Part shown: one piece after another, positions 9,692 through 19,933 of the stretch
Numbering within the stretch: position 1 is the first letter of the stretch
Layout of the letters: each line of letters starts with the position of its first letter
Assembly (NCBI GenBank): GCA_017410525.1
Contig: JAFQQQ010000003.1
Coordinates: 46,209 to 110,208 of the forward strand
Source: Bacilli bacterium
Lineage (GTDB): Bacteria > Bacillota_I > Bacilli_A > RF39 > UBA660
Direction: 5' to 3'
Length of the DNA stretch: 64,000 nt
Translations under genes and position numbers: made by a program
The notes under the pieces: generated by a model
Seen by the model: the letters and a program-made list of their open reading frames with translations, nothing else
Told to the model about the DNA's origin: nothing
Database searches by the model: none

Positions 9692-10723
9692 ATGAATGAT
9701 ATTAATTTAACAACTATACTTTTAATGGTTTTTATACCTTTTGTATTTGTTGCACTTATAATACCTGTAATTAAGAAGGTAGCTAATCATGTAGGCGCGA
9801 TGGATATGCCAGATAAAAGAAAAGTACATTCAACTCCAATGCCTAGGTTAGGTGGGTTAGGTATATATGGCGGTTTTTTACTTGGATATATGATTTTTGG
9901 TGAACAAACACCAACTATGAATGCTATACTTATTGGAAGTTTTGTATTATTAATAACTGGTATAATAGATGATATAAAACCTATGAAAGCATCTCACAAA
10001 TTAATTTGTCAATTTGTTGCAGCTTTAATAGTGGTTATATATGGTAATTTACTTTTAAGAGACGTTAGTTTCTTTGGTATGTATATTAATTTTGGTTTTT
10101 GGGCTTATCCAATAACAATTTTATTTATATTAGGATGTATAAATTGTGTGAATCTGATAGATGGATTAGATGGACTTGCAGGTGGGATTAGTTCCATATT
10201 CTTTCTTACAATAGGAATAATTGCATATTGTCAGGGTAGAATTGGTTTATCGGTAGTAATAACTTTTATTATGTTTGGATCAACACTAGGATTCTTAGTT
10301 CATAATTTTCATCCAGCAAAAATATTTATGGGTGATTCTGGATCAATGTTTTTAGGATTTATAATATCGGTAATAACTCTTTTAGGATTTAAAACTATAA
10401 TAAGTACATCTATTATAATTCCACTTTGCATATTAATAGTTCCAATTTTAGATACTTTATGTGCGATTATAAGAAGAAAACTAAAAGGCGAGAGTATTGG
10501 TACACCTGATAAAAGTCATTTTCACCACCAATTACTTAGAAGAAATTATGGAGTTAGAGGCACTGTAATAGTAATTTATATTATAACAATTTTATTTAGT
10601 GCAGCTTCTATAATTTGGCTGTTAGTTGATAAAAATATTGGCTATATAATATATGGAATATTACTACTATGCCTTATAATATTTGTTTTTAGAACGGATA
10701 TAATATTTGATCATAAAAAATAA
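9692..10723 (+). CDS. UDP-GlcNAc:undecaprenyl-phosphate GlcNAc-1-phosphate transferase (TagO/WecA, MraY-like GT4)
   Basis: Polytopic membrane protein with motifs MPDKRKVHSTPMPRLGGLGIY and NLIDGLDGLA. Extended -10 TGTTATAAT sits upstream. ATG at 9692 after AGGTGA. Confidence 0.8.
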   Translation: MNDINLTTILLMVFIPFVFVALIIPVIKKVANHVGAMDMPDKRKVHSTPMPRLGGLGIYGGFLLGYMIFGEQTPTMNAILIGSFVLLITGIIDDIKPMKASHKLICQFVAALIVVIYGNLLLRDVSFFGMYINFGFWAYPITILFILGCINCVNLIDGLDGLAGGISSIFFLTIGIIAYCQGRIGLSVVITFIMFGSTLGFLVHNFHPAKIFMGDSGSMFLGFIISVITLLGFKTIISTSIIIPLCILIVPILDTLCAIIRRKLKGESIGTPDKSHFHHQLLRRNYGVRGTVIVIYIITILFSAASIIWLLVDKNIGYIIYGILLLCLIIFVFRTDIIFDHKK

Positions 10724-10756
10724 GTAAAAAAAGAAAAAGAGGTTTGAAAAATAAAC

Positions 10757-12328
10757 ATGAAAAATGAAAAAGAAAGAAAAAAAAATTATAGAATGATTAT
10801 AAATTTGCTTAGTTGTTTAGTTTCTTTTGTTATTACAATGGGAATAAGTTTTCTTTTAACTCCGTATATAACACAAAAGTTAGGCGCAGAAGCATACGGG
10901 TTTGTCTCGCTAGCGAATAATTTTGTTAATTATGCTTCAATAGCGACTTTAGCTATCAATTCTATGGCAGCTAGGTTTGTTTCTGTAAGTTATCATCAAA
11001 AGGATTATAATGAAGCTAATAAATATTTTAATAGTATTCTTTTCACAAACTTTTTTTTAATCTTGATTTTATTTGTTCCATCTCTTTTGATTATTTGTTT
11101 TCTACAAAGGATTGTTACTATAACTTCAACTTTAATTTTGTTTGTGAAAATTTTATTTGCTCTGATATTTTTAAATTTTTTTATGGGCTTGATAAATAGT
11201 TCTTTTTCAGTTTCATTATTCATAAAAAATAGAGTTGATTTAACAAATTTAAAAAATATGGAATCGAATGTTTTGAAAGCTTTAATTATGTTGGTATTGT
11301 TTTACTTGTTTGGAGCTAATATAATTTTTGTTGGCATTGCATCCTTAATAGCGACTACATATCTTTTAATTTATAATTTAAAATATTTCATTAAATTAAC
11401 GCCGGAAATAAAAATAAATAAAATTTACTTTGATATAAAAATGACATTTAAAATATTTATGTCAGGCATATGGAACACTGTTACAAAATTAGGTCAAGTT
11501 TTATCTGATGGCTTAGATTTATTGGTTTGTAACTGGTTTGTTACGCCATTAGCGATGGGGCAACTTGCAATTTCAAAAACTTTCTCAACATGTATAAGTA
11601 CATTAACTGCCAATATAAGTTATGTTTTTCAACCAAATATGACATACTACTATGCTATAGGGGATAAAGATAAAGAAATAAACGAAATAAAATTTTCCAT
11701 GAAAGCGACAGCGTTTTTTTCTAATATACTACTTGCAGGTGTTATTGCTCTAGGGATTAATTTGTTTAATTTGTGGATACCTGGACAAAATATAAGAATT
11801 ATATATTTATCAACATTTGTTACTATAATAGGTGGTATAGTAGGTTCAACTATTAATAGTTTGTTTAATATTTTTACTATAACTAATAAATTAAAAACAA
11901 ATTCATTAGTTACATTGAGTCAAGGTATTTTAAATATTATTTTAGTTTTCATTTTGTTAAGTTTAAATATATTTAAAGGGTATGAAATAGTCGTAATATC
12001 TGGCGTAAGTGTATTTACTTCTATAATAAAAAATTTGACATTTACTCCTATATATGCAGCAAAATGTTTAAACACAAACATAACAGTTTTTTATAAAACA
12101 ATTTTTACTGGTATGATATCGGCCATAATATTAATAATAACTTTTGCTTTTATATCAAATATTATTAATCCAATCACTTGGCCTTCTTTAATAATTTGCG
12201 CTTTAATTTGTGGTTTATTTGGAATAATTATTAATTACATTATATTACTAAACCATAATGAAAGAGAAATTTTTAAAAATTCTATAAAATCAATGTTGTT
12301 AAGAGGTGATAAAAATGAAGCAAAATAA
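10757..12328 (+). CDS. Wzx-type oligosaccharide flippase (MOP/polysaccharide biosynthesis family)
   Basis: 523 aa with about 12-14 TM helices. Polysaccharide-locus context. Confidence 0.7.
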   Translation: MKNEKERKKNYRMIINLLSCLVSFVITMGISFLLTPYITQKLGAEAYGFVSLANNFVNYASIATLAINSMAARFVSVSYHQKDYNEANKYFNSILFTNFFLILILFVPSLLIICFLQRIVTITSTLILFVKILFALIFLNFFMGLINSSFSVSLFIKNRVDLTNLKNMESNVLKALIMLVLFYLFGANIIFVGIASLIATTYLLIYNLKYFIKLTPEIKINKIYFDIKMTFKIFMSGIWNTVTKLGQVLSDGLDLLVCNWFVTPLAMGQLAISKTFSTCISTLTANISYVFQPNMTYYYAIGDKDKEINEIKFSMKATAFFSNILLAGVIALGINLFNLWIPGQNIRIIYLSTFVTIIGGIVGSTINSLFNIFTITNKLKTNSLVTLSQGILNIILVFILLSLNIFKGYEIVVISGVSVFTSIIKNLTFTPIYAAKCLNTNITVFYKTIFTGMISAIILIITFAFISNIINPITWPSLIICALICGLFGIIINYIILLNHNEREIFKNSIKSMLLRGDKNEAK

Positions 12329-13202
12329 TTTTTCTTTTTTCAGAATTAAAAGAAAAATTTTAACTAATAATATAAAAAATTTAATTATTAAACAGGATTT
12401 ACAAAGGTATTTAACTTATAATTTTTTGTATAAAAGATATAAAAGTATTATAGATTCTAGCAAATATGAAAGTAAAAAATATAAATCTAAAAAAGTTGTT
12501 TGGTTTTGTTGGTTTCAAGGAATCGATAATGCGCCTAGTTTAGTGAAGCTTTGTTTTAATAAAATAAAAAAGATTTTTAAAGATTATGAAATTGTTTTAA
12601 TTACTGCAAAAAATTATAGTGATTATATAAACATCCCTAATTATATTATTTCTAAATGGGAAAAAGGTATAATTTCTAATACTCATTTTTCAGATATTAT
12701 TAGAATTGAACTTTTAGCAGAGCATGGAGGAATATGGATAGATTCAACTGTTTATTGTACTTGCGACAATGTACCTAGTTATATAGAGAGTAACTCAATG
12801 TTTTTGTTTAAACAAATTAATTTAAATAGGGCTTCTAAAGATATTATTGTATCTTCTAGTTGGTTTATTAAGGCAAATAAGAACAATCCAATAATATTGT
12901 TAACTAGAGATTTATTACATGAATATTGGAGAGAAGCTGGCAGATTGGTTGATTATTTTATATTACATTTATTCTTTTCAATGGCTTCAAAAAAATATGA
13001 AAAAGAATGGGAAGCTATACCTAACTTTAATAACGTTAATCCTCATATATTACAATTTGAATTAGGAAACAAATATAATGAAGAAAGATTTAAATATTAC
13101 AAAAAAATTTCTGATTTTCATAAACTTTCATATAAATTTGACTTTTCTTTGTTCCAAAAATCATCAAATTATGATTATATAGAAAGGGACATATATGAAT
13201 AA
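12315..13202 (+). CDS. capsular-polysaccharide-synthesis-family (Caps_synth / GT32-like) glycosyltransferase
   Basis: Motif IIRIELLAEHGGIWIDSTVYCT is typical of the Caps_synth / OCH1-like DxD transferases. ATG at 12315 after AGAGGTGA. Confidence 0.55.
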   Translation: MKQNNFSFFRIKRKILTNNIKNLIIKQDLQRYLTYNFLYKRYKSIIDSSKYESKKYKSKKVVWFCWFQGIDNAPSLVKLCFNKIKKIFKDYEIVLITAKNYSDYINIPNYIISKWEKGIISNTHFSDIIRIELLAEHGGIWIDSTVYCTCDNVPSYIESNSMFLFKQINLNRASKDIIVSSSWFIKANKNNPIILLTRDLLHEYWREAGRLVDYFILHLFFSMASKKYEKEWEAIPNFNNVNPHILQFELGNKYNEERFKYYKKISDFHKLSYKFDFSLFQKSSNYDYIERDIYE

Positions 13203-14322
13203 TGTTAAGTTTATAATAAAATATATTGTATATAGTTTTTTTGTAATTTTTCCTATAAAAAAGAACAAGATTGTTTGTAATAATTTTATGGGTAAAGGAT
13301 TTGGCGATAACCCTAAATATATAGTAAATGAATTAATAAATCAAAAAACAAATTGCGATATTGTATGGGTTTGCAAACCAGAATACGCGAGATCTTTACC
13401 ATCTTCTGTTAGGATTGCTACAAAGTGGTATGAAATTTTATATGAATTTGCAACTGCAAAAATTTGGATAAGTAATGTTAGGTTGCCTAGATATTTAAGA
13501 AAGAGAAAGGGACAATTTTATATTCAAACTTGGCATGGGGGACTGGGTTTTAAAAAAGTAGAAAAAGATGTTGTTGATTCTCTTAGTAGAGGGTATGTTA
13601 AGGATGCTATACATGATGCCAGACAAACTGATCTTATGATTGCTAATTGCAAATTTTTAGAAAATCTATACAAAGATTCTTTTTGGTATGATGGGTATGT
13701 ATTATGTGAGGGATTACCTAAAAACGATTGTTTAACAAAAAGTACACCTGAAAAAGATAATGAAATACTTTCAAAATATAACTTACATGGCTTTGATATA
13801 ATACTTTATGCTCCTACGTTTAGAAAAAAAATGGATAAGGAAGTTTATAATATAAATTTTAATTCTTTAATTAAATTATTAAATAAAAAAACTAATAAGA
13901 AATGGAAAGTAATTGTTAGACTACACCCTAATGTTAATTTTCCTGAAAATTATATTGATTTTAATAATGATATAATAAATGTAAGTGACTATGATGACAT
14001 AAATGATTTATATAGTATTTCTGATATGTTAATTTCAGATTATTCATCAATAATGTTTGATTTTATGCTTACCAATAAACCAGTATTTATTTATGCAACT
14101 GACATAGAAGAATATAAAAAAGATAGAGATTTTTATTTATCTATTGAAGAATTGCCCTTTTCTATATCAACTAATAATAAAGAATTGTTAAAAAATGTAG
14201 AGAAAAATGATTTAAAAAAATTAATGTATAAATATAATAAATTTAATAAAAAATATGGGATAATAAATACAGGTGACTCTAGTAAAAAAATAGTAAAAAT
14301 AATAGAAGAAAAGTTAGGATAA
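13195..14322 (+). CDS. CDP-glycerol glycerophosphotransferase (TagB/TagF family)
   Basis: Motifs QTWHGGLGFKKV and ISDYSSIMFDF are characteristic of Glyphos_transf enzymes. Confidence 0.75.
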   Translation: MNNVKFIIKYIVYSFFVIFPIKKNKIVCNNFMGKGFGDNPKYIVNELINQKTNCDIVWVCKPEYARSLPSSVRIATKWYEILYEFATAKIWISNVRLPRYLRKRKGQFYIQTWHGGLGFKKVEKDVVDSLSRGYVKDAIHDARQTDLMIANCKFLENLYKDSFWYDGYVLCEGLPKNDCLTKSTPEKDNEILSKYNLHGFDIILYAPTFRKKMDKEVYNINFNSLIKLLNKKTNKKWKVIVRLHPNVNFPENYIDFNNDIINVSDYDDINDLYSISDMLISDYSSIMFDFMLTNKPVFIYATDIEEYKKDRDFYLSIEELPFSISTNNKELLKNVEKNDLKKLMYKYNKFNKKYGIINTGDSSKKIVKIIEEKLG

Positions 14323-14346
14323 TACATTGGGAAGGAAGATTTTAAT

Positions 14347-15273
14347 ATGAAATTTAGCATAATTATTCCAATATATAATGTAGAAAAATATTTAGAAAAA
14401 TGTTTAAATAGTGTTTTGTCGCAATCATATGAAAATTTTGAAGTAATAATGGTTAACGATGGAACTAAAGATAATTGTAAAAAAATAATGGATACCTTTT
14501 CTAAAAGAGATAAACGTTTTAAAGCATATAATAAAGAAAATGGTGGATTGAGTGATGCTAGAAATTTTGGTTTAAATTATGCAACGGGTGATTATTTGAT
14601 ATTCATTGATAGTGATGACTATATTGAAAATGATTATTTATTTAAGGTAAATGAAATTTTGAAGAAAAACAAAGAAGTAGATGTATTAAGGATTAAGTGC
14701 AAAAAAGTTGACGAACAAGGTAATTTAATTTGTTTCGAAAAATCAATCAATAAAAATGGTATAGTTACAATATGTGATTTGTTTTGTTTAGATTTTTTTG
14801 AAACTGCTTGGAGTTATGTTTATAATTTATCTTTTTGGAAAAAAAACAATTTTAAATATATGAAAGACAAAATACATGAAGATTTCGGCCTTACTCCTGA
14901 AATATTAATGAGGGCAAAAAAAATTTATTATACGGATTATTTTGTTTATAATTATGTACAAAGGGAAGGTAGTATAATGTCAGAGAAATCTGAGAAAAAA
15001 ACATTAAAAAAATGTTTTGATATATTAGAACAATATGACAGACTTATTAATGTTGATTATGGTGAAAATAAATATATCCCAGAGTATAAAAGTTATATTT
15101 CAAATATAGTGATAGAAAAAGCAAAAGAATTAAAAGGTCAAAATTTTAAAAAGTATATAAGAGAATTAAAAAGAAGAAAAGTATTTAATAATTTATTAAA
15201 TAATAGTTTAAAGAGAAAAATAAAAATAATTCTTCTAAAAATAAGTGTTAAATTATATTTTAAAATTTCATAG
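14347..15273 (+). CDS. family-2 glycosyltransferase
   Basis: Motifs FSIIIPIYNVEKYL and DSDDY. Confidence 0.8.
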   Translation: MKFSIIIPIYNVEKYLEKCLNSVLSQSYENFEVIMVNDGTKDNCKKIMDTFSKRDKRFKAYNKENGGLSDARNFGLNYATGDYLIFIDSDDYIENDYLFKVNEILKKNKEVDVLRIKCKKVDEQGNLICFEKSINKNGIVTICDLFCLDFFETAWSYVYNLSFWKKNNFKYMKDKIHEDFGLTPEILMRAKKIYYTDYFVYNYVQREGSIMSEKSEKKTLKKCFDILEQYDRLINVDYGENKYIPEYKSYISNIVIEKAKELKGQNFKKYIRELKRRKVFNNLLNNSLKRKIKIILLKISVKLYFKIS

Positions 15274-15284
15274 GAGTGATTTAT

Positions 15285-16244
15285 ATGCAACCTAAGGTAA
15301 GTATTATTGTGCCTGTATATAATGTAGAAAAATATATTTTAAGATGTATGGATAGTTTAGTAAATCAAACATTAGAAGATATAGAGATTATAATAATAAA
15401 TGATGGTACTAAGGATAATTCCGTAAAATTAATTGAAAAAAATTATAACGATAGTAGAATAAAAATTATAAATAAAAAAAATGCAGGACAAGCGGCTGCT
15501 AGAAACGATGGTTTAAAAGAATCAAATGGCGAATATATTTTTTATGTAGATAGTGATGATTATATTGAATTAGAAACTTTAGAAAATATGTATAATTTAG
15601 CAATAAAAAATAATTCTGATTTAGTTATATGTGATTACTTCAAATTATATGATAATAATAAAAAAGTATATCAATCAACAATACCTTTTTATAGCAGCAA
15701 TAATGAAAAAATTCCAGTTTTATCTATGCCTGGGCCTGTATGCAAATTATTTAAAAAGGAAATTTTAATAAGCAATGAAATAAATTTTTTAGAAAGTCAT
15801 ATATTTGAAGATAATGCAATTATTCCATACGCTTGTTCTTTGTGTAAAAATATAATATATACACAAGTGGCTTATTATTATTATTATCAAAGATCTGGAT
15901 CAAGCTTAAATCAAAAAACTTATAATAAGAATCTTGAAGATATCTTTGATGCTCTTGATTATTTGTATAATAAATTTAAAGCTAATAATACTTTGAATAA
16001 ATATTTTGATGAATTAGAATACATCTATATTGAACATTTGCTTCATGCCGCTAATTTAAGATTTATTCAATACAAAGAAGCGTATAAAAATATTAATATA
16101 ATATCTAATACACTCAAAGAAAAATTTCCTAATTGGAGAAAAAATAAGTATTATAAAATGCAAAATATAAAATATAAAATAGTTTGCAGTTTATTTTATA
16201 AAAAAAATATATTATTATTAAAATTACTTCTTAGAAAAAGGTGA
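15285..16244 (+). CDS. family-2 glycosyltransferase
   Basis: Motifs VSIIVPVYNVEKYI and DSDDY. RBS AGGAGTGA before the ATG at 15285. Confidence 0.8.
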   Translation: MQPKVSIIVPVYNVEKYILRCMDSLVNQTLEDIEIIIINDGTKDNSVKLIEKNYNDSRIKIINKKNAGQAAARNDGLKESNGEYIFYVDSDDYIELETLENMYNLAIKNNSDLVICDYFKLYDNNKKVYQSTIPFYSSNNEKIPVLSMPGPVCKLFKKEILISNEINFLESHIFEDNAIIPYACSLCKNIIYTQVAYYYYYQRSGSSLNQKTYNKNLEDIFDALDYLYNKFKANNTLNKYFDELEYIYIEHLLHAANLRFIQYKEAYKNINIISNTLKEKFPNWRKNKYYKMQNIKYKIVCSLFYKKNILLLKLLLRKR

Positions 16245-16248
16245 TAAT

Positions 16249-17421
16249 ATGAAAAATATATTATTTGTAGTAGATGATAAAAAAATGGGTGGGGTTTCTA
16301 TATTATTAGAAGATATTTTAAATAGATTAAATTTAAATAAATTTAATATTGATCTTTTAATACTAAAAAATGAAGGCGAATTGTTAAGTAAAATTCCATC
16401 AAAGATAAATATACTTTATGGTGATGAATTTTTTTACCCAATAAATTATTCATTATCTTCTGCAATCAAAGAAAAAAAACTAAAAAAAATAATTGATAAA
16501 GCTTTATTAGTTTTATATATGAAAACACCAATAATAAAATATATAATAAAAAGTAAAAGAAAAAAAATATTAAAAAAACAATATGATACTGAATTGGCTT
16601 TTAAAGATGGTTTTTGTGGACTATTTGTTGGATATGGTGATTCAAAAAGAAAAGTTCAATGGTTACATGCTGATTATTCTAGCCAGGATGATATTCAAAA
16701 TTATAAAACTAAATTTAAAAAATTATATAAAAATTTTGATAGAATTGTGGGAATTTCAAAACCAGTAGCTAAATATTTTAATGATAAGTATGGTTGTGAA
16801 GATAAAACAATTTGTATATATAATTTTGTAAATACACAAAAAGTTATTGAAAAATCTAATGAATATGAAATTAAGAAAGATTCTAAAAAAATTAATTTTG
16901 TCTCTGTAGGAAGATTTCATAAAATGAAAGGGTATTTAAGACTTATACGCGTTATTAATAAATTAAATCAAAATAATGAATTTAATAATTGCCATTTAAC
17001 TATAGTTGGTGATGGTCCGGAATATAATGAAGCTATTAATTTAATAAAAGATTACGATATAGGTGATAAAATTACTTTAATTGGATCTAAACAAAATCCA
17101 TTTCCATATGTAAAAAATTCAGATTGTTTTATTATGGGATCAGTTTATGAACCGTTTGGTTTAACTGTAATTGAAGCATTAACCCTTAAAGTTCCAGTTT
17201 TATCTACTGAGGTTGCTACTATAAGGGAAATGTTATCTAAAGAATATGGATTAATTGTAGAAAACAGTGAAAAAGGTTTATATAATGGATTTAAAAAAAT
17301 AATTAATAATAAAAATTTATTAAAAAATTACAAAAAAAATGTAAAAAATTATCAATATGATACTAAAAAAATAATTAAACAAATAGAAAATTTGTTGGAA
17401 GGGAAGCTACAAAATGAATAA
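16249..17421 (+). CDS. family-4 glycosyltransferase
   Basis: C-terminal EX7E motif (YEPFGLTVIEAL). 390 aa. Confidence 0.75.
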   Translation: MKNILFVVDDKKMGGVSILLEDILNRLNLNKFNIDLLILKNEGELLSKIPSKINILYGDEFFYPINYSLSSAIKEKKLKKIIDKALLVLYMKTPIIKYIIKSKRKKILKKQYDTELAFKDGFCGLFVGYGDSKRKVQWLHADYSSQDDIQNYKTKFKKLYKNFDRIVGISKPVAKYFNDKYGCEDKTICIYNFVNTQKVIEKSNEYEIKKDSKKINFVSVGRFHKMKGYLRLIRVINKLNQNNEFNNCHLTIVGDGPEYNEAINLIKDYDIGDKITLIGSKQNPFPYVKNSDCFIMGSVYEPFGLTVIEALTLKVPVLSTEVATIREMLSKEYGLIVENSEKGLYNGFKKIINNKNLLKNYKKNVKNYQYDTKKIIKQIENLLEGKLQNE

Positions 17422-19933
17422 TTTTTTAAAAGAAGAAACAGTAAAAAAAATGTTATTTTTATTTATAATTATTCAACCATTAATGGATATATATTATTTA
17501 TATACTATTCCTAATTTAGGTGGGGTTTTTGTTTTTTCTCCTTCTACTATAATTAGATTTGTGTTTTTTGGAATTTTATGTTTATTTGCATTTCTAATTT
17601 TAAAAAAGAAAAATAAATTTAAACTTTTATGGTGGTTTATCTGTATAGTATTAATATATACATTATTTCATCATTTAAATTGTTTAAATTATAATAATGA
17701 AATATTAGGAAATCAAACTTATTCCTTAATAACTGAACTTTTTTATATTGCAAGAATGTTAATGCCTATATTATTAATCTATATAAGTTATAATTTTAAA
17801 TTAAGTGAGAAAAAATTAAGTAAAGCATTATTTATTACTGCAGCTATATTTTCTTTTACAATGGTTATAACTAATTTGTTTTTAATTGCAATACCTTCAT
17901 ATGACGGTGCGACAAATATTAAAGTAAATTTTTTACAATGGTTTTCTCTAAAAAATCAAAATATAGAATTTATCTATATTGCGTCAAAAGGTATATTTCA
18001 CATGGCAAATCAAATAAGTGGAACTTTTGTTTTAATATTACCATTGTTAATTTATTATTTTAATAAAAAACATACTTTTTTAAGATTTATAATTATTTGT
18101 TCATTAATTTTGTCAATGCTTATGTTAGGTACTCGCGTTGCTTCGTATGGAGCGATTATTATCTGCATTGCAATGTTTGTTATGTATTTATTTTTCTATA
18201 TTTTAAAAAAAGAATATAATATAAATAAAAAAGTTATAGTTTCTAATTTTTTCCTTATAATCTTTTCAATAGTTTTCTTTTGTTTTAGCCCTGTTGTTTA
18301 TAGAAATTTTACTTCGACTATACCAAGTGATGATTCATATTCAAAAGAACAAACTATTATTAAAAAATATAATACTTTATTAAAGGAAAATAATAAAAAA
18401 GAATTAATCAAATTTATAAAGGAAAACTCATTAATATTTTCTATAAGAGAAAAATATACAAATGAAGTATATCCAGCAGAAAATAATTTAAATTTTTGGA
18501 TAAATACTTTTAATTTACCAATAGAAAAAAGAAATGATGATAGAAAAATTCAACAACTTATATTGGAGGATGTATTTAATAGAAACAATTCTATTTTTGA
18601 TGTTTTTTGTGGGATTGGCTCAAGTAGAGTTAGAAATAGTAGTATATATATTGAAAAAGATTTTATAGTACATTACTATATGCTTGGAGTTTTTGGATTA
18701 TTTGTTTTTATATCTCCTTATGTAATTATCTTATGTTATAGTGTTTTTAAGGTTTTGAGAAGGAATAAACAAACTTTTAATTATAAAAATTGTACTTTTA
18801 TATTTGCTACATTTTTAACTTTGATATGTAGTATTTATAGTGGTAATGTTTTAGATGAATTAATAATTACTGTTTATTTAGGAATTGTATTAGGAACTTT
18901 ATTATCGAATATTAATAATAATAGTTCTAAACAAAAATTAGAGGATAATAAGCTTAAATTAAGTGTTATTGTTCCTGTATATAATGTAGAAAACTATTTG
19001 GAAACATGTTTGGATAGTTTGATAAATCAAACAATTACTAATTATGAAATAATAGTAGTAAATGATGGAAGTCTTGATAGTAGTCAATCTATAATTGATA
19101 AATATCAAAAATTATATCCAGATAAAATAAAAAGTTATATAAAAGAAAACGGTGGGTTAAGTGATGCTAGAAATTATGGATTAAAATATGCAAAAGGGGA
19201 GTATATTGCTTTTCTAGACAGTGATGATTATGTAGAATATAATATGTATGAATTAATGTATAATAAAGCAGTATCACAAAATTTTGATGTTGTAGCATGC
19301 AATGTAAAATATGTATATGAAAATGAAAACAAAACTTTCTTATGTAATTCTAAAATATATTCTGATCTATTTGAAGAAAAAGAAATAAAAAAACTAATGT
19401 TAGATATATATCCTGCTGTATGGAACAAAATTTATAAGAGAGAAAAATTTCAAAAATTTAAATTCAAGAAAAATGCTTGGTTCGAAGATGTTGAATACTT
19501 ATATAGAATTTTTCCTTATATTTCATCTATGGGGACTATTGATAAAGCATTAATAAATTATAAACAAAGAGAAGGTGCAATAACAAAAACTTTTGACGAA
19601 AGATTATTACACCAAATATCTAATTGGAATGGAATTGTTGAGTATTATAAAAAAAATAATTTATTAGAAAAATATGAAAAAGAAATAGAATATTGCTATG
19701 TTAGATATTTATATGCAACTCTAGTAAGTCATTCTTTGAATTATAATAATTATGATTTTTTCAAAAAGGTATTGGATGAATGTGATAAAAATGTAAAAGA
19801 AAACTTCCCTAATTATAGAAAAAATAAGTATTTATATACAAATGGCTTAAAAGGTTTATATTTATTATTTTATAATAAAAAAATTATTAAAAAATTATAT
19901 AAATATAAACATAAAAATGGAGGTAATAAATAA
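17414..19933 (+). CDS. fusion protein: N-terminal polytopic Wzy/O-antigen-ligase-like polymerase domain + C-terminal family-2 glycosyltransferase
   Basis: First ~500 aa carry about 10-12 TM helices in an O-antigen-ligase-like arrangement. Last ~330 aa have GT2 motifs LSVIVPVYNVENYL and DSDDY. Confidence 0.6.
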   Translation: MNNFLKEETVKKMLFLFIIIQPLMDIYYLYTIPNLGGVFVFSPSTIIRFVFFGILCLFAFLILKKKNKFKLLWWFICIVLIYTLFHHLNCLNYNNEILGNQTYSLITELFYIARMLMPILLIYISYNFKLSEKKLSKALFITAAIFSFTMVITNLFLIAIPSYDGATNIKVNFLQWFSLKNQNIEFIYIASKGIFHMANQISGTFVLILPLLIYYFNKKHTFLRFIIICSLILSMLMLGTRVASYGAIIICIAMFVMYLFFYILKKEYNINKKVIVSNFFLIIFSIVFFCFSPVVYRNFTSTIPSDDSYSKEQTIIKKYNTLLKENNKKELIKFIKENSLIFSIREKYTNEVYPAENNLNFWINTFNLPIEKRNDDRKIQQLILEDVFNRNNSIFDVFCGIGSSRVRNSSIYIEKDFIVHYYMLGVFGLFVFISPYVIILCYSVFKVLRRNKQTFNYKNCTFIFATFLTLICSIYSGNVLDELIITVYLGIVLGTLLSNINNNSSKQKLEDNKLKLSVIVPVYNVENYLETCLDSLINQTITNYEIIVVNDGSLDSSQSIIDKYQKLYPDKIKSYIKENGGLSDARNYGLKYAKGEYIAFLDSDDYVEYNMYELMYNKAVSQNFDVVACNVKYVYENENKTFLCNSKIYSDLFEEKEIKKLMLDIYPAVWNKIYKREKFQKFKFKKNAWFEDVEYLYRIFPYISSMGTIDKALINYKQREGAITKTFDERLLHQISNWNGIVEYYKKNNLLEKYEKEIEYCYVRYLYATLVSHSLNYNNYDFFKKVLDECDKNVKENFPNYRKNKYLYTNGLKGLYLLFYNKKIIKKLYKYKHKNGGNK

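Noticed and set aside
16583-16768. 61-aa + strand ORF inside the GT4 gene in another frame; also 53093-53347 inside the CDP-alcohol transferase gene on the opposite strand
   Set aside because: Out-of-frame overlaps with confident genes; no start signals.
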